A DNA stretch of 64,000 nt, from assembly GCA_030295235.1 (NCBI GenBank), contig AP026124.1, positions 744,001-808,000 of the forward strand, in the 5' to 3' direction. The first letter of the stretch is position 1, and the number at the start of each line of letters is the position of its first letter. Position numbers and translations under genes: made by a program. Under the pieces are notes generated by a model. It searched no databases. It was not told the DNA's origin and was given only the letters and a program-made list of their open reading frames with translations. The stretch comes from Fistulifera solaris. Its lineage: Eukaryota. Positions 48,185 to 61,845 of the stretch are shown piece after piece.

Positions 48185-48546
48185 TTTATCCAATTCTGTA
48201 TCTTGATAGGCGACAAATGAGTTGCTTGAAGTCGATCAACACAATTGTCATCCGATCAGCGTGCAACGCCGGGTGCAAGGTGGAACTTGAATGATGTGTT
48301 GGCTCATAACCCAGTCTCCGACCGCAGGACAGAAGTGCGGCGCGCGTCAACGAACAGGTCCTCCCATGTTGTCTCATACTAATTACGTCGGGTGGATTTA
48401 ACATTAAGATGTTTCCCCAGTCGGTCTCGTTTGCGCGATCTGTACTTAAGAAAAAAATGAATTGACGTTTGACATTTAAGTGAATGTTGCGCGAGCATGC
48501 TTTCAAAATATATGGACGTGCAGCGCTCCTTTGAAACCTTCTCTAA

Positions 48547-51500
48547 CCGATATCCGATCACCCCCCTGATATCCCATATGGGATATCAGTACCGGTCAGA
48601 AACTGTAATTATACCTGGTACTGTTTCTACGCAAATGTACTAATGATGCTATGAAATCATGGATCTTAAGTTATAAACCTTTGCAAAACTAACATATCAT
48701 TGGTTGTTTCCATTGAAAGTCACCGAATAGTGAGTTGACTATATATAGATTACTAATTTTAATTTTTTTTCTTTCCTCTGTTGTTTGTTGTTGTCTGCAT
48801 CTTCTTGTAATGGGCAAGTGTCAACTGTCTCACATCCTCATTTTTATGAGCCTCACTGAAGCAATCGTGATCACTCTTACCATTGAAAACAGAACAAAGG
48901 GGAATTCCACAAGTTTCACATCTGTACCTTGACCTACTGTCCTTTCCTTGAATGGAACAATAGGCACATTTGGATCTCTGGTCATTAGGAATCTTCTCAG
49001 CCCTATGTCCTGCCATTGCCACATTCGGTTCATTTCCAGACATCTCTCCTGCAAGACTGGAGATTAGTTTTCCTTTGAACTCCACAATATTTGTTGGCTT
49101 ATAATCATTGACTCTTTGCTTCTGTGACTCGTTGTACAAGACAAGAGCATTAGAAGTCCCAACATCCAGCAAATAGAAGAAGAGTTTTAACCACCAACGA
49201 CTTAGTCCCATCACCGTCGAAGTTACAGTGCAACCGGCGCATATCCGCCAAGTCAACACCCCCATGTATTTGTTGTAGTGTGCAATTGAGATTGGTCTTG
49301 GGACTGTAACAATCCCACCTTGCACTCTTCGGCGACACTCATCGAAGTCATGATTATTGCTGTCATTCGAAAGGCAGTAAACCATTTTACTGTCTTTCCA
49401 ACACACCAGACCAGCATAGAAGACCCCACCACTTCCATCATTCATCTTTAAGCGAAACTTAATAGCATCTCCTCTTTTCATGGACTTAAACACCGGTGAA
49501 TTCTTGGCTAGTCGCACATCTTTTGGTAGTCTGTTTGCAACAACGGTCCCCGTCACATAGATATCATTTTTTTTCAGCGCCTTCATCAGATCAACTGATG
49601 TATAGAACCGATCCACATAAACAGTTCTGTGAGTACCAAAGAATGGGCTCACCAGCTTCTCAACTACCTGAACAGTTTTCTTTTGTTGACTTCATCTGAT
49701 TCATGTTCGCCCGTAGGTCGCTTTTCCGGTGTAAACAAGAACACGAAGGACATATGCTGTTTCAGCATCAGTCAACACATATACTTTGATCCCGTACCGT
49801 GCTGACTTAGAAATGATGCGCACTTTGAACTTCATCCTTCCAAATGCACGAATGAGAGTCTCATCAAGTGACAATTGTTGGCCAGGTGAAAATAATCTGG
49901 AAAAGCGGTCTTCCAGGTAGTCCCGTACTTCTGCTATCTTATAGGCTGGATCATAATTGTCTCCTGTTGGTTGATTGGTTACAGAGCAACAGTGAAGAAA
50001 TCGAAGCATCTTGTGGAATTTTCGCCCACTCATAATGTTTTTTGCAGCCTGACATTCAAGGTATGGATCGTCTGAGAACCAGTTTGATGGCTTGTCTTTT
50101 CGCTTTTGGATACTCATAAGGAATAACACCGCAATGAATTGCTCCAGATCATGCCGTGTAACATCCTTCCAATCTTTTGATCGTAGCTTTCCGTATTCGT
50201 TCGTATGAAACACTATTCTATCAAGTAGTGTTTTCTTGAAAATTTCCCTCCAGGCACGAATCGGTGTGTTGACATCAATGGGACTGCACAACAGACCCGT
50301 TATAACTCGTTCGCTCCTGCCAACTGTTGTGTGGTGGATCCGGAAACTTTCCATTGGATTCGGCTCCATAGCCTGGAAGATGACATCCTTTTCCCAAGAA
50401 TCCCCAAGAGGCTGCGTTTGATTATTGACTTCATCAATCAATTCATCAGTGAATTCTTCCCGACTTTGCTTTCTTCATCAGAAGAAACTTCCTCCTCCCT
50501 CCAGTCGTCAGGCAGATCCAGTGTCAATGTGGTGGGAGCTTCCAATGCATTCGGATGTAACAAGAACAAGCAACTCAGACGAATTGACCAAAAGTGCTGA
50601 AAGCGAAATACACGGACTGTTGACTGCACATCTGACCAAGCACGATGCGCTTGGTCAGGGTTTTCACCAGTGACATATTGAAAAAGAGAACCAAGGTTGT
50701 AAGCTGGCGGTGCTGCCAAATTTCTTTGAGAGACAGCTTTTTTTGCCATTTCTATCGTGGTCGATAGCAAACCCAAACCTATGATCTTCAAGGATATGAT
50801 GTTCAAGATTGTATCTTTTCAATTCAGAAAGCAAGAAAGGAACATCAAACCGTTTCCCATTGTGCTTAACGAGGACGATGTGATCAACACGAATGTCGGA
50901 TTCTGATGCACATTTTTGCATTAAATGGATGAAATCTCTTGCAACAACTGGGAACAATGGAGAATTCTTAACCATATCATTGGTTATTCCAGTCAATGCA
51001 ATGATTTCATCCGAAATCATCTTGCTTGGATGGATAAGTTCGCTGAATTGGCCATCTTCGACTTGAATACCGGATGGATTCAAAATCTGTGCCGACAATT
51101 CAATGATTTCGTGAAACTTTTTGAAAATCCAGTGGTCTCCAAATCAAATACAACATAAAGAATATGTTGCCAGTTAAGTATAGGAGGGAATCGAGGAACA
51201 AAAGCAGGCATGGGGAGGTGTTGGTGGTGCCACAATAACATCATTTTGATGTACGGTCGTGTCAGGCACTGAATTTTGGGCTGGTAAACGGTTTCGCGCA
51301 GGACAATTCCGTTTGTCATGACCTTCGGCTTTTGCAAAGGCCACACTTTCGTTTTTTTTGGTTGTTGTTGTTGATCATTATCAACCAGATTTGCAGGAGA
51401 CGCCATGGTGATCGAGATATTGGAATGAGAAAAAGGGCCTTGTGTGGGTGACAGACAGAGCAAAAAGTGCCGACGAGGTGCTCGATATAGCAGATAATAG

Positions 51501-51676
51501 GATTTGCAATGTCTGCCTAATTTAAAAACAAATTTCAGAACCAATTTACTTAAATAACAAGGATTACAATATCAAAATGGGGATTTCGAAAGTTAAACAG
51601 AGATTAAGTTAGGTAACGAAATCTTCGCTAAAATGGGGTATGATATCCCAAATGGGATATCATGACCGGATATGGG
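48547..51676 (-). mobile_element. Full-length piggyBac-superfamily DNA transposon (3130 bp) with CTAA target-site duplication
   Basis: 14-bp TIRs CCGATATCCGATCA and reverse complement CCCATATCCGGTCA (2 mismatches). A 22-bp palindrome TGATATCCCAWATGGGATATCA lies near each end. CTAA at 48543-48546 and 51677-51680; internal transposase. Confidence 0.9.
48759..51406 (-). CDS. DEDDh exonuclease-piggyBac transposase fusion (~880 aa after correcting six homopolymer indels)
   Basis: Exonuclease motifs VFDLETTG, HNGKRFD and HRAWSD; transposase motifs LSLDET, YGIK, VYVDRFYTS, WKD, YNKYMGGVDLAD and RWW; C-terminal CAYC...CETC.IPLC...CF..AH domain. Confidence 0.8.
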
Positions 51677-51765
51677 CTAAAATCTTTTCTCGATGTGACG
51701 ATTTGTTGTCGCACACAATCGCATCTTCTTGTTGTTTGGAATACTAGGAGAACACTGAGGTTAAA

Positions 51766-54700
51766 ATGATGAAAACACCCACAAAGTCCAGACTCTCTTC
51801 GAGTCCATTGTCTACTTTCTCGCCGAACAAGCTCTTCGGCTTGAAGCAGTCACCCGATCCTCCTGGTAAAGGTAGTGATACTCGCAAATCAGCAGCAAGT
51901 GATTCGAAAGTGAAATTTTCTCCACTTAAGAAAGTGATTACTTCACTTGATTCAAGAGATTGTTTGGGAGACTCGGTTAGGCTTCTACAAAGTAATCTCG
52001 AAGAAGCACGACTTGATAACATTTCGGACCATCTGGACCAAGCAGCCAGAGATGATTTTGCGAATGATGGACAAGACGAAAACAAAGACACTGCTTGGCT
52101 TCTGAATATGTTCAAGAGCTTAGAGAAGAAGCATTCAGATGACAAGTCTGATTGGGATAAGCAGCTGCAACAAGAGAGAAAGAGCAAGTCGTCCTACAAA
52201 AACAAACTCACTAACGCGTACAAGGAAAAACTGACATGGCTCGAAAACCAGCTACAGAAAGTAGGCGAGACTCACTGCGCGGTCAGCAGAGATGTTGTTT
52301 ACAGTGAAGGCAAAACTTTGCATGAAGCTTCAAGTGGAGAATCTTCTGGGACGGCGAGCACCTCGAGTAACAGTCAACGCTGCGGAGGCGGAACACAAAA
52401 CAGTTCCCCTGCCGTTGGCGAGAAAAGCTCGATGTCGACAATATTATCACCCGATTCAGTCCGCAGGGTTCAACTTTTAGAGCAGACGTTGAATGACACA
52501 CTGCGGCAGTATGAGTCTGATCGTGCCGTATGGGTCAAAGCGCTGGAGGAAGCAGCAGCCGTCACCCAGGCCGGTGAGCAACTTTCATCCTACCAGGAAC
52601 AGCTTTTGTCTGACTTGAAAAAGCAGTTAGCGGAAGAACAGAAACAACATAAGAAGAAGTGGAAAGAACAGAATAATGTATTGAAGAACTTGCTCACTTT
52701 GACTGAAACTCAGTTTCAGCATGAGAGGCAAGAGTGGGAGCGACGGGCTAGTGAATATGAACGCACCATCGAAAAACAAAATCAACTCGCTTGTGAAGCC
52801 CAGGAAAGGTTAAAACTCGATCTAAGCGAGATCACAAAGGAAAATATATCCCTCCAGGATGAAAAATCGAGCATGGAAGAGACTTTGGCGAAGATGCAGG
52901 AAGAAAAAAGCAGTGATGAGCCGACAGGTCAAGCAGCTTCAGAAAAATCTAATGGAGACACCGGGTAGTCGCGGCAATGCAGTAAGCGGAAGTCGTTTTC
53001 AAGCGCTCTCTCCTTCTCGACGAACAGATTGGGATGATAGACTCGACCGCGCGATGGTCGAAAGGGACTTGTACAAACAGGAAGCTAGTCAAGCTGCGAA
53101 GAATCTCGAAGTCGAGAGGAAGAAATGGGAAGAGCACTCTGAAGAAGCATTGAAGGCTGAACGTAGAGATGCTGCCGATCGACTAGAAGCGGAGCGAAAA
53201 ATATGGGAGGAAAAGATTGAGGCTAAAGAGAAAGAATGTGTAGAAATTCGAAACGGATGGGAAGCCGAGAGACAGCAATGGGCTGAAAAACAGGAAAACC
53301 TGGTAAAGGAGTGGGAAGAGGAAACACGAAACCAAATCGAGGAGCTTCAAAAAATCCATGCAGCCGAGTTGAGTGAAATGCAGTCTTCGGACGACGAACT
53401 CGCAGAAAATTACAGAGAGGCTCTTGAAAAGAAGAATGAACTTGTTTTGCGCTTAAGAAGAATGGAGCAGCAACGCAGTGAAGAGAAGGGCACGTGGAAG
53501 CTACAACTTGAAGGGGCTCTTTCAGAGTCGCGGAGGGGTGCCTTGACTGTGCAGCAATTAAAAAAAGAGATTGCCGAAGAGCGAAGACGTCGGTCAGAAG
53601 AAACCGAGTTATTGCGCGATGAGCTGTCCCACACGCGACTTCTTCTCTCCAGTAAGACCATCCATGATGCTCAGCCTAGTGGTATAACAGAGCATGTTAT
53701 GAAGCTTCATGAAGAGCTCGAAAAAGCCAGAGAAGGCACCGAATGTCAACTGGCAATGTTGCGCGAAAGTCACGCTCGAGATATTCATCGACTAACAAGC
53801 GAACTTGAAATACTTGAATCGCAAAACGGAGCGCTTGTTGTCGAGCTGAAACGACAGCAAAAGATCAGGAATGAAGTAAACGAGGACGAGCTTACTCTGA
53901 AAAAGTCACAAGAAAATCAATCGTTGGAGCATTGCTTAGCTATACAGGAAAAAGAAGAGGAAGTCAACAAATTAAAATCGAAACTTGAAGATGCAGAACA
54001 ATTTCGAGAAAAAATAGAGCAGGATTCGATCTATCTGGCGGAAAAACTAGATGCGGCACGCAAAGATGCAAAACAATTCGAAGATAAGTTGAAAGACGCC
54101 AACGAAGAACACTTCAAAAATACCCAGGAATATGCTGTCCAATTGCAAGCTGTACAAGAAGATTTGTGTAAAGCAAATGAAGACAAACAAGAAATTGAGC
54201 AACAGGTGGCTGCTGTAACGATAGAGAACAGGAAGCTTGTGGAACAGAACCTGGAATTGACTGGGATAATCGACAACCTAAAGCAGAAAATGGAAACGCT
54301 GGTGAGCGTATTGTCGTCCGACATAGAAACGGTCGAAGGGCGACCTTTTGAGCCTAACTCGATGTCTCCCACTGAAGCCCTTTCAACCCTCGAAAAATTT
54401 ATTTATTCACTGGCGTCCCGCCATAGCATGATTAAAGAAAGTCTTGAGCTTAGAGTTGAAATACTTTCTGCCGAGAACGACAAGCTTAGATTAGGCGAGA
54501 AAACCAGTACTTCAAGGCTCGAAAACGCCTTAGAGGAACTTCGACAGGACATCATCTCAATCAGATATATGATGGAGGCAACGCGAAAAACTGACCAGAT
54601 TTTGGAAGAATCAAGTTTTGACATTTTACGAGCGAATCTGGAGCAAATCCAAAACAACCTTGATGACGTCGCAGGTGAAGCGGCACTTCAGACCGAATCG

Positions 54701-55641
54701 TTCTACGAGTTCCGGAAATTAGCAGAGAATCATTTTACGGGAGCCGAAAGTAATAAAGACGATAAAACTTCTGTCGAGTTTCAGCATAATATATTGTCAG
54801 AAATGGCCATTCTCCGAGACGGCCTAGCAAAGATCATCAAGAATCAGAGCGAAGAACTACAACAACCAAAGAGAGAATTAGAAAAAGTTAGAGAAGAATT
54901 AAAAGAGGAAAGAACGAGACGCCAAAAAGCGAGGCTGACATAGCAACTCTGAACGAGCAAGCAAGTGCATACACTGACGAATTGATGCATTTACAGGCCG
55001 AAAATGCGAAACTGGAAGTACTTCTCCAGGAAGCGGAAGCGAAAGCAAACTACGCATTAACATGCCAACCGCAACATACAAACGAGGAAGATTCTCTGGC
55101 TTCTGAACACGTAAGCTTTGGGCGCGCGGCGTCGTACTCAGGAGATTCAACTCTCCTCGACGAAGCTTTGGCGTTAGCGCAAGGTCTCAGTGATTTCGTC
55201 CAAGGAAACAATAATAATGAACATGAAGTCAATGTCTTGGAAATTATGGAGAACCTGGCAGGAATGATTGATAAACAAGACAAATCTGACAACGCATCAA
55301 TGCCACGCCTTGAGATAAGCTACCCGAGAGAAAATGTATCAGCCTTTATCCAAAAGACTAACAATGTGTCTCGCCAGTCAATGTCTACCGAAGATCCGAA
55401 ACTGTCTGTATTCGTTGAACAACTTTACGGCCGATGCCAGTTACTTGAACGTGAAAGGTTAGAGATGATGGAATTGACTCTGGATCTCTTGGAATCTACG
55501 CGACGATCAGGGAAGGCGGAGGTAGAAGCTGCGTTATCAATCGCGAGGCGACGAATTGCAGACGATTTCAAAAGGATGCGAGACGAAAACTCTGCCACAC
55601 GAGAAGATCTGTATCACAAAATTTGTTCGGGTCACGACTGA
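51766..55641 (+). CDS. Large coiled-coil protein; frameshifts near 52905 and 54930
   Basis: Three consecutive E/K/Q-rich heptad ORFs on the same strand, apparently joined by single-base frameshifts. Confidence 0.7.
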
Positions 55642-55699
55642 AGGTCTTCAGTTTTACTCCCTACCTTGTAGACATCTTTACTGAAAGAAAGCTTTAATT

Positions 55700-58600
55700 C
55701 TAATAATTGCTCATCATTTCAGACAAATTTTTAAACGCTACCTGGGCAGCAGCCTGCCGTTGCCTGTCTTTTGCTATAAACGAGTAGTTACCAGTGGCAA
55801 CAACCATCGTGTGTCCGTGCTGGTCAGACAGCAGGCGAACGAAAAGAGTACCTGATCTATGAACAAACTGGCGCCCTAAGACCGATGTTCGACGATTTCC
55901 CAAATCGAATTCGTCAAATTTGATGCATTTGAGAATAGATTTTGCATCCGTGTAAAATACGCCGTCGTGGATAAAGTCCATCCCCATCAATTTCCTATCA
56001 ATATTGCTAGCTCTCTTTTGTCTTTCACCAAGAAAATTTCAGGGGCGCGAAACGGATTTAGGAATACATTCCTGGATACGGTTATTTGCGGGAAAGGCTT
56101 CAAGTCCAACCCGTATTGCGTACATCGTCGTTGCAGCAATTGAATTTGGTTGTCTACCTTCCCCGAACTCGCTACAAGCCAATGTAACATTATTCTGTAT
56201 GACCAAGAAGTGTCAAGCGTAGAGTCAATGACGACTTCCATCCACTCTAAAGCGTCTCGTTTATTTTTCCGTAGGTCAACGTAAAATCGCTCCATCGAAT
56301 TGCGAGCGATACCCGGGGTAGACGAAACTTGATCGGTTTCTGTTTCAATTTTATCCGCTTTTTTCACGATTTTTACATTCAAGTCCGTCGTCTGAGAATC
56401 GTCCTTCTCCCTAAGTTTGTTTAGATATTCAAGTAGACGGTGAAATTTATCCAAATACTCCTGCTCAGCGGCATCACTATCAATTTTGGGAGGCACCAAT
56501 CCAAACATAATCCTCCTGAATCGCATCCCTTCTCGCATTTCTCGGTCGTCATCGCCGCAAATTATTCGGTCAACTTTGTTCCATATGTAAGGCCGGTTGT
56601 ATTTATTAAAAGTTTGAGTGACTTTTTTATACTGCTTGGTTTCAGTGCAAAAACAAAGATACTGGTATTGTACGGTGTTGGATTGAGAGCTCTGTGCCGT
56701 CTTTAAATCATAGCGTGTGACTTCGATGATATCAGTCCCCTTATCATAAGTGAGCACTTGTAAACGATGACCCATGGATAGGAACTGACGCATAGTCTCA
56801 GAATTCTCATCAGAAATTGAAGAGTGTGGGTAACCTCTATTCGCGAGTCCGTCTCGAAGCGTTTCACGCCTCAGATTACTCGCATTTACGTGTGACGGAG
56901 GTACAAGCTGGTAATCTTGAATGAGTCGTTGTCGAACCATTTCCATGAGAAGATCCTTGTTAGAGGAGTAAAAGGTCTTGTCAAACTCTTTCAGGGTAAT
57001 GTTATGGATACTGAATGTGAAGGCATGATCAACTTCACTTTGTGTCGGAAAGTATCCTACATATGTCGGTAGAATCGCGGGTGCGGTCAGGCTTTTCCAG
57101 TTAGGCCCCGTCCGCCGTCGGAATTCTAACTCGCCTGCTGGAAACACATGGCTCCAACGTCGACGATTATGCGAGTTTTTGGCTAAAACCTCATCTTCGT
57201 CCTGTTGACGAAATGGGTTGAACGCTTTCTTTCTTTTCGAACTGTATGCATTTTTACCTTTTGAACCGGTGTCGCGATAGTTCGGTCGATGAGATGAAGA
57301 AGTGATGCGGTTGTTTCCGACGATCATTTGTGAACCAGTAGGTGGACTCGAGGGAAGACCGTTAAAACCACTAGAACCAGACCCAGATCCAAATCCTTTT
57401 CCAATGTGTGCGTTATTCAGTCTAGACTCAATAGCAGTGAGACTACCAACGATTGGTCCCTGGGTGGCAGATATTGTAAAGTTAGATCCTTCTGTATGAA
57501 AGAACCCGAACCTAGATCCACTTGCTTCTGCTGTGATGTCCCTTCGCCCCGAAATTGGTGCCGGTGGTAGTAATAGCGGAGATAGTCCCACCGGAGCGCT
57601 CTCCCAAAATGCCTTGGAATTCGAGCCGAAGAAAAGAGAGATCCACTACTTGTCCCTTGTCCAAGGTAAGACGACTCCTTCTCAGCCTCTGTCCTAGAAA
57701 CAGATGACGCCCGATATTGTGCGAGGGCACCTCCTATCCCTCCAGGTACACCGCTGCCCTGACTAGCTATCGTTCGCCTCTGACCAGAAAACACCCCCAT
57801 TCCAGATATCGGAAGGTGCTTTGGACCATTCCGATTCGTATTTAATTCAGCACAAGCAACAATCGGTTCTGTTAGAGGAACAAGCTCCGGCGACACGGTA
57901 ACCCGAGAAGAAAGGGCGTCTCTAGATTTCATCATCAACCGCAGATTCTGGAAAATATCAGAGCTACCATCTTCACCTTCCTCATTTTCTCGAGTAACGA
58001 TGATTTTATTCTCGTGGCGGGTACGTTCAAAGTCAAGAGACGGGCATCGCTGTATCTGTCCGTGTGGAGAAAGGAAAGACTGATCGAACGACGCTCCAAG
58101 CAAATGGTTGGATATCTGGCTTGCAAAACTGGAAGACTGACTAGATTTTTCGTGAATGTCAAGCTCCTCTTGTTTTGTCGGACTTGCGATGATTGGAGCG
58201 GAACGCGATGTCGACTCAAAAGATTCATTCCCGATAGATACCTTTCGGTGATTCATAGTCGATAATTCGCCAGCCGACGCGGGCTTCGATTCCAAAGCAC
58301 CCCATTCTACTGGAGTTGATCCGTCATCATCACTGTCCACTGTAGAAATTTCGTCGCGTTCCTTTTCAGCAACAGAATTGCTCTGCATATCCAACAAAGC
58401 CCTTAAAGGCGATGGCAAAGTTCCGGTATTACGTGGTCGACATGCCTCTAGAATGTCATAGAAATCGCGACCTGCGATTAGCTGTCGTTCTTGTGTAAGG
58501 TGCGGAGGCTTTCTGGGAGATGAAGTACCATTTAATGCGACGGAGAACGACTTGGGACGAAGCAAGGGGCTGCTATTCAGCTGTAGCGCAACTTCCTCCT

Positions 58601-61051
58601 TAGGACGAGGTAGTAAAAATCCGTTTGGAGCCACAGAAAGATTGGTCGGTCTGACGGCGCTAGAGTCATGGGTAAATTCAGTTTTCTGCCTTGGCCTCCC
58701 AAAGCATCTGAATCGCCGTCATAGCTCGCAAAAGAAAGATTCATCCAATGGGGTACCTCGTAGAAAGTTCCCGACCCATCGACACTCTCAGGATCGACGT
58801 CCTGATAAAGATTGACGTAAAGAAAAAATGGAGCAGTATGTAGAGGGGGGAGACCAAGGGAAAGCATGTCGGAACCAATTCCATTGTCCATCATTCGTTG
58901 GTAGGAAATACCAGCGAGTCCTTTGTCAACTTCGAAAACACCATTACCTGCTGATATGACAACAATACTATTTCCGGTCCTATGAAGGTCTCTGTCAAGG
59001 TAGTGATATTGAAGTAAATTAAGTGTCACATTGATCGCTTCCAATACATTTCCTTGGCTTGCAGAAGATGGCCGCCTGGACTGGGATCCCGACTCCAGGT
59101 TCCATTGCACCTCGATAGGATAACGAACAAACGCTTCCTTAACACTAACAATGAATGTCTCCCAATCGGAAGGATTCTCGTGCTCGATAACTAGTCGAAA
59201 GTGATCTTCGTACTGTCGACCGTATATATCCCTGTTGATGTCCTCATCAAGCTCTTTCTCATTTGCAAAGGGACTTCCAGAATCTCCCACAAACGTTCGG
59301 CTGAAGAAAATAACAGTTACAGAATGAGTGGTATCCAGTTCTTTCCACTTTGCAAAAAGCTGGTGCAATATATCAATCAGTCTATCGAAATATATTTCAC
59401 AGCGACTCAAAGGACGATTACTTTCAAAAGGAGAAGAGTATTCCCACATTTCGCGGGACATTTGCACCAACCACATAATTCGCGCAGATCGAGACCGAAA
59501 CGTGATAGTTGTTGCCTCTGTTACGATTCCCGAACGCGCCAGCTTGTCCCTATGTCGAATTTCTTGTGCGTAAGCTTGGAATCCTCTCGTTGGTTCAAGT
59601 AAACGTTGTCCCTCATAGATCCAACTCCCAATCAAAGTCTCTTGAAATACATGCATGTCCCCTCTCGATATGAATTGATCCTTTATCGTAACCACCACGA
59701 AATCCGCCGAAACGGTGTCCAAAACCAATGCTTTGTCGTGCTCATTGATTTTACTGATCGTCACAATATCATAGCTAGATAACTCATAGAGATCCGCCAC
59801 ACGACGTAAAATAGAAACCTGCGTGCGTGCTGAGCCTTTCAAAGAAGTTAGTGACTTCTCCGTGACTTTCATCACAAACGACATGCGTAAATTGTGGGTG
59901 CTCGATATTTGCGTCCAGATATCATCGTCCACTTCAAAGTCATCGTCCAAATCTTCACTTCCCGTCCCCAAGTTGCCAGCCGGTGGTAGTTGCCCCGACC
60001 ACCCAGTCTGGTTGGATTGCAAAGTGCCGAGTGCTGTTTCTACCGTCATGTCCGAAATTTCTCGTTTATGGTGAGACTTCAAAATGCTTCGACTGGGCTT
60101 GGTCGTCGGCGTCCCAGTACTACCACCGCCACTTACGAGAGGCTTGGTAGTACGGGGATAATCAGCGGTTGATGTGCGGGCTCTCGGAAAGACGGGAGGC
60201 ATTCTGCCTCCTGGAGGCATATTCAAAGATGTGACGACCGTTTTGGTGGGAGGAGGAGGTGTGTCAGGAGTTGTTCCATCCGTAGAAGCGAGTGAAGCCA
60301 TAATTTGTTTGGAAGTCTTCGGCGAGTTCGATGGAGACGAAGGTGCGTCATAGCGGGTGTTATCTCTCGATGAAGTCGTCGACACTGTCTCCATATGATT
60401 CATGGTTTGCTCTCTCATAGTTGCTTTGGTTCCAACGCTATCTTGCTCCTCGTCCGCATGCTCCGAATACTGCAAGGAATTGACAACCGACAGTGTTGTT
60501 CTGGCTTTTATATCAGCGATTTCTTCCGAGAAAGGATCTACAGCTTCGATGTTGACGAGTTCCGAATTGTCCTTCGACGGCGATCGCTTATTGTTCTCGA
60601 CAGAGCCAGAAGCGGTGCTATTATTGTCCGTCGGCGTGACGCTTTGCGGTACGCTTGTGACCGGGCCGGATGATGCAGGATTGCGGCGTATAATGCTAGC
60701 GGCATTTGAAATGATGCGGTTCGAGGGAATAGCAGCGCTGTTGTTGATCGATGACGCCCCAACTTTGTTATTGTTCATTTGTGCTGGGTTCGGATCCCAA
60801 ATTCTGACTTCAATGAGATCTCCCACTTCCAGTTTTCTATAAGAAGATGCAGGTGCGGCTGAATCATCATGAGACGCATTGTTCGCGGAATTCTTCGAGT
60901 TGCTCCCCATCGAAAGCGTGTGTAGGGCAGCTCCATGAGGATCTTGGTTCGCACCGGGTGTATTGAAAATGTCGGGATGGACGCATATTTCCGTCCCATC
61001 AAAAGCAAGAGCCTCGTGCACGTTTAAAGAAATCAAACCGGATGTTAACAT
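55700..61051 (-). CDS. DEPDC5: GATOR1 subunit DEPDC5/Iml1; frameshifts near 58640, 57590 and 55995
   Basis: KDQFISRGDM, FRSRSAR...QMSREMW, QGNVLEAIN, RDLHRTG, PPLHTAPFF, NRRRWSHVFP, WKSLTAPAILP, LSMGH. Confidence 0.9.
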
Positions 61052-61845
61052 GTGGAAAGGAATGTCTCATGCTAAATGAACAGTTTATTTCTTGTGAAAG
61101 AATTCTGGACAAGTATTTTGCATCGCAATCAATGGAGTGCCAAGGGGGGGAGGGGGGGGGGGGGGGGGGCAGAAAGATCAACATTAAGGAGAGGGATTAC
61201 GGGGTCTTGCGCGGTGCGGGAAAAAGATGACGACACTTAATTAGAACCGATTTCGTAATGCAATGTATTGCCTAAAATTGGACCGTAATAAAACAACTTT
61301 AATATCGACACGTTTGCAGAACGTTTGAAGGTTGATAAGACTACTCGTAGATACCAGGTACTAGGTACTGATAGCAGTCGGACTGGCTTGGTCGATACTT
61401 GGTTGGTAATGGATTCATGATGATGATTCATGAATATCAAATCAAAAGTCTTAACGACATTGCGAATCGATATGTGTCTTGCCAACGCTGTCGAACATAA
61501 CTGGATTGTATGCAAAACAATTGAGTCCCAAAACGCTTGCAGAACGGATGTAGGTTGGGTAGGCGTTTGGTTCGGAAGTATGTTGACTCATGACTCAAAT
61601 GCAGTCGTGGGGGAATACGGTCAACACTTTGGGTATATAGTGAAAATAAAAAATGTGAACCTTAATAAACCATCTGAAGAACCTTAAAAAATTTAAAACA
61701 ACGATGACTCACCAGTTTAATCAACGTTAGGAGTCGATACGCGTGTTGAAAAAGTTGCCTAGAATAATAAGGGCCGTAATAAAACCATTGTAACATGATA
61801 ATAAGATTGCAGAACGAACGGAGGTTCGGCAGCAGTCTGACCCCG

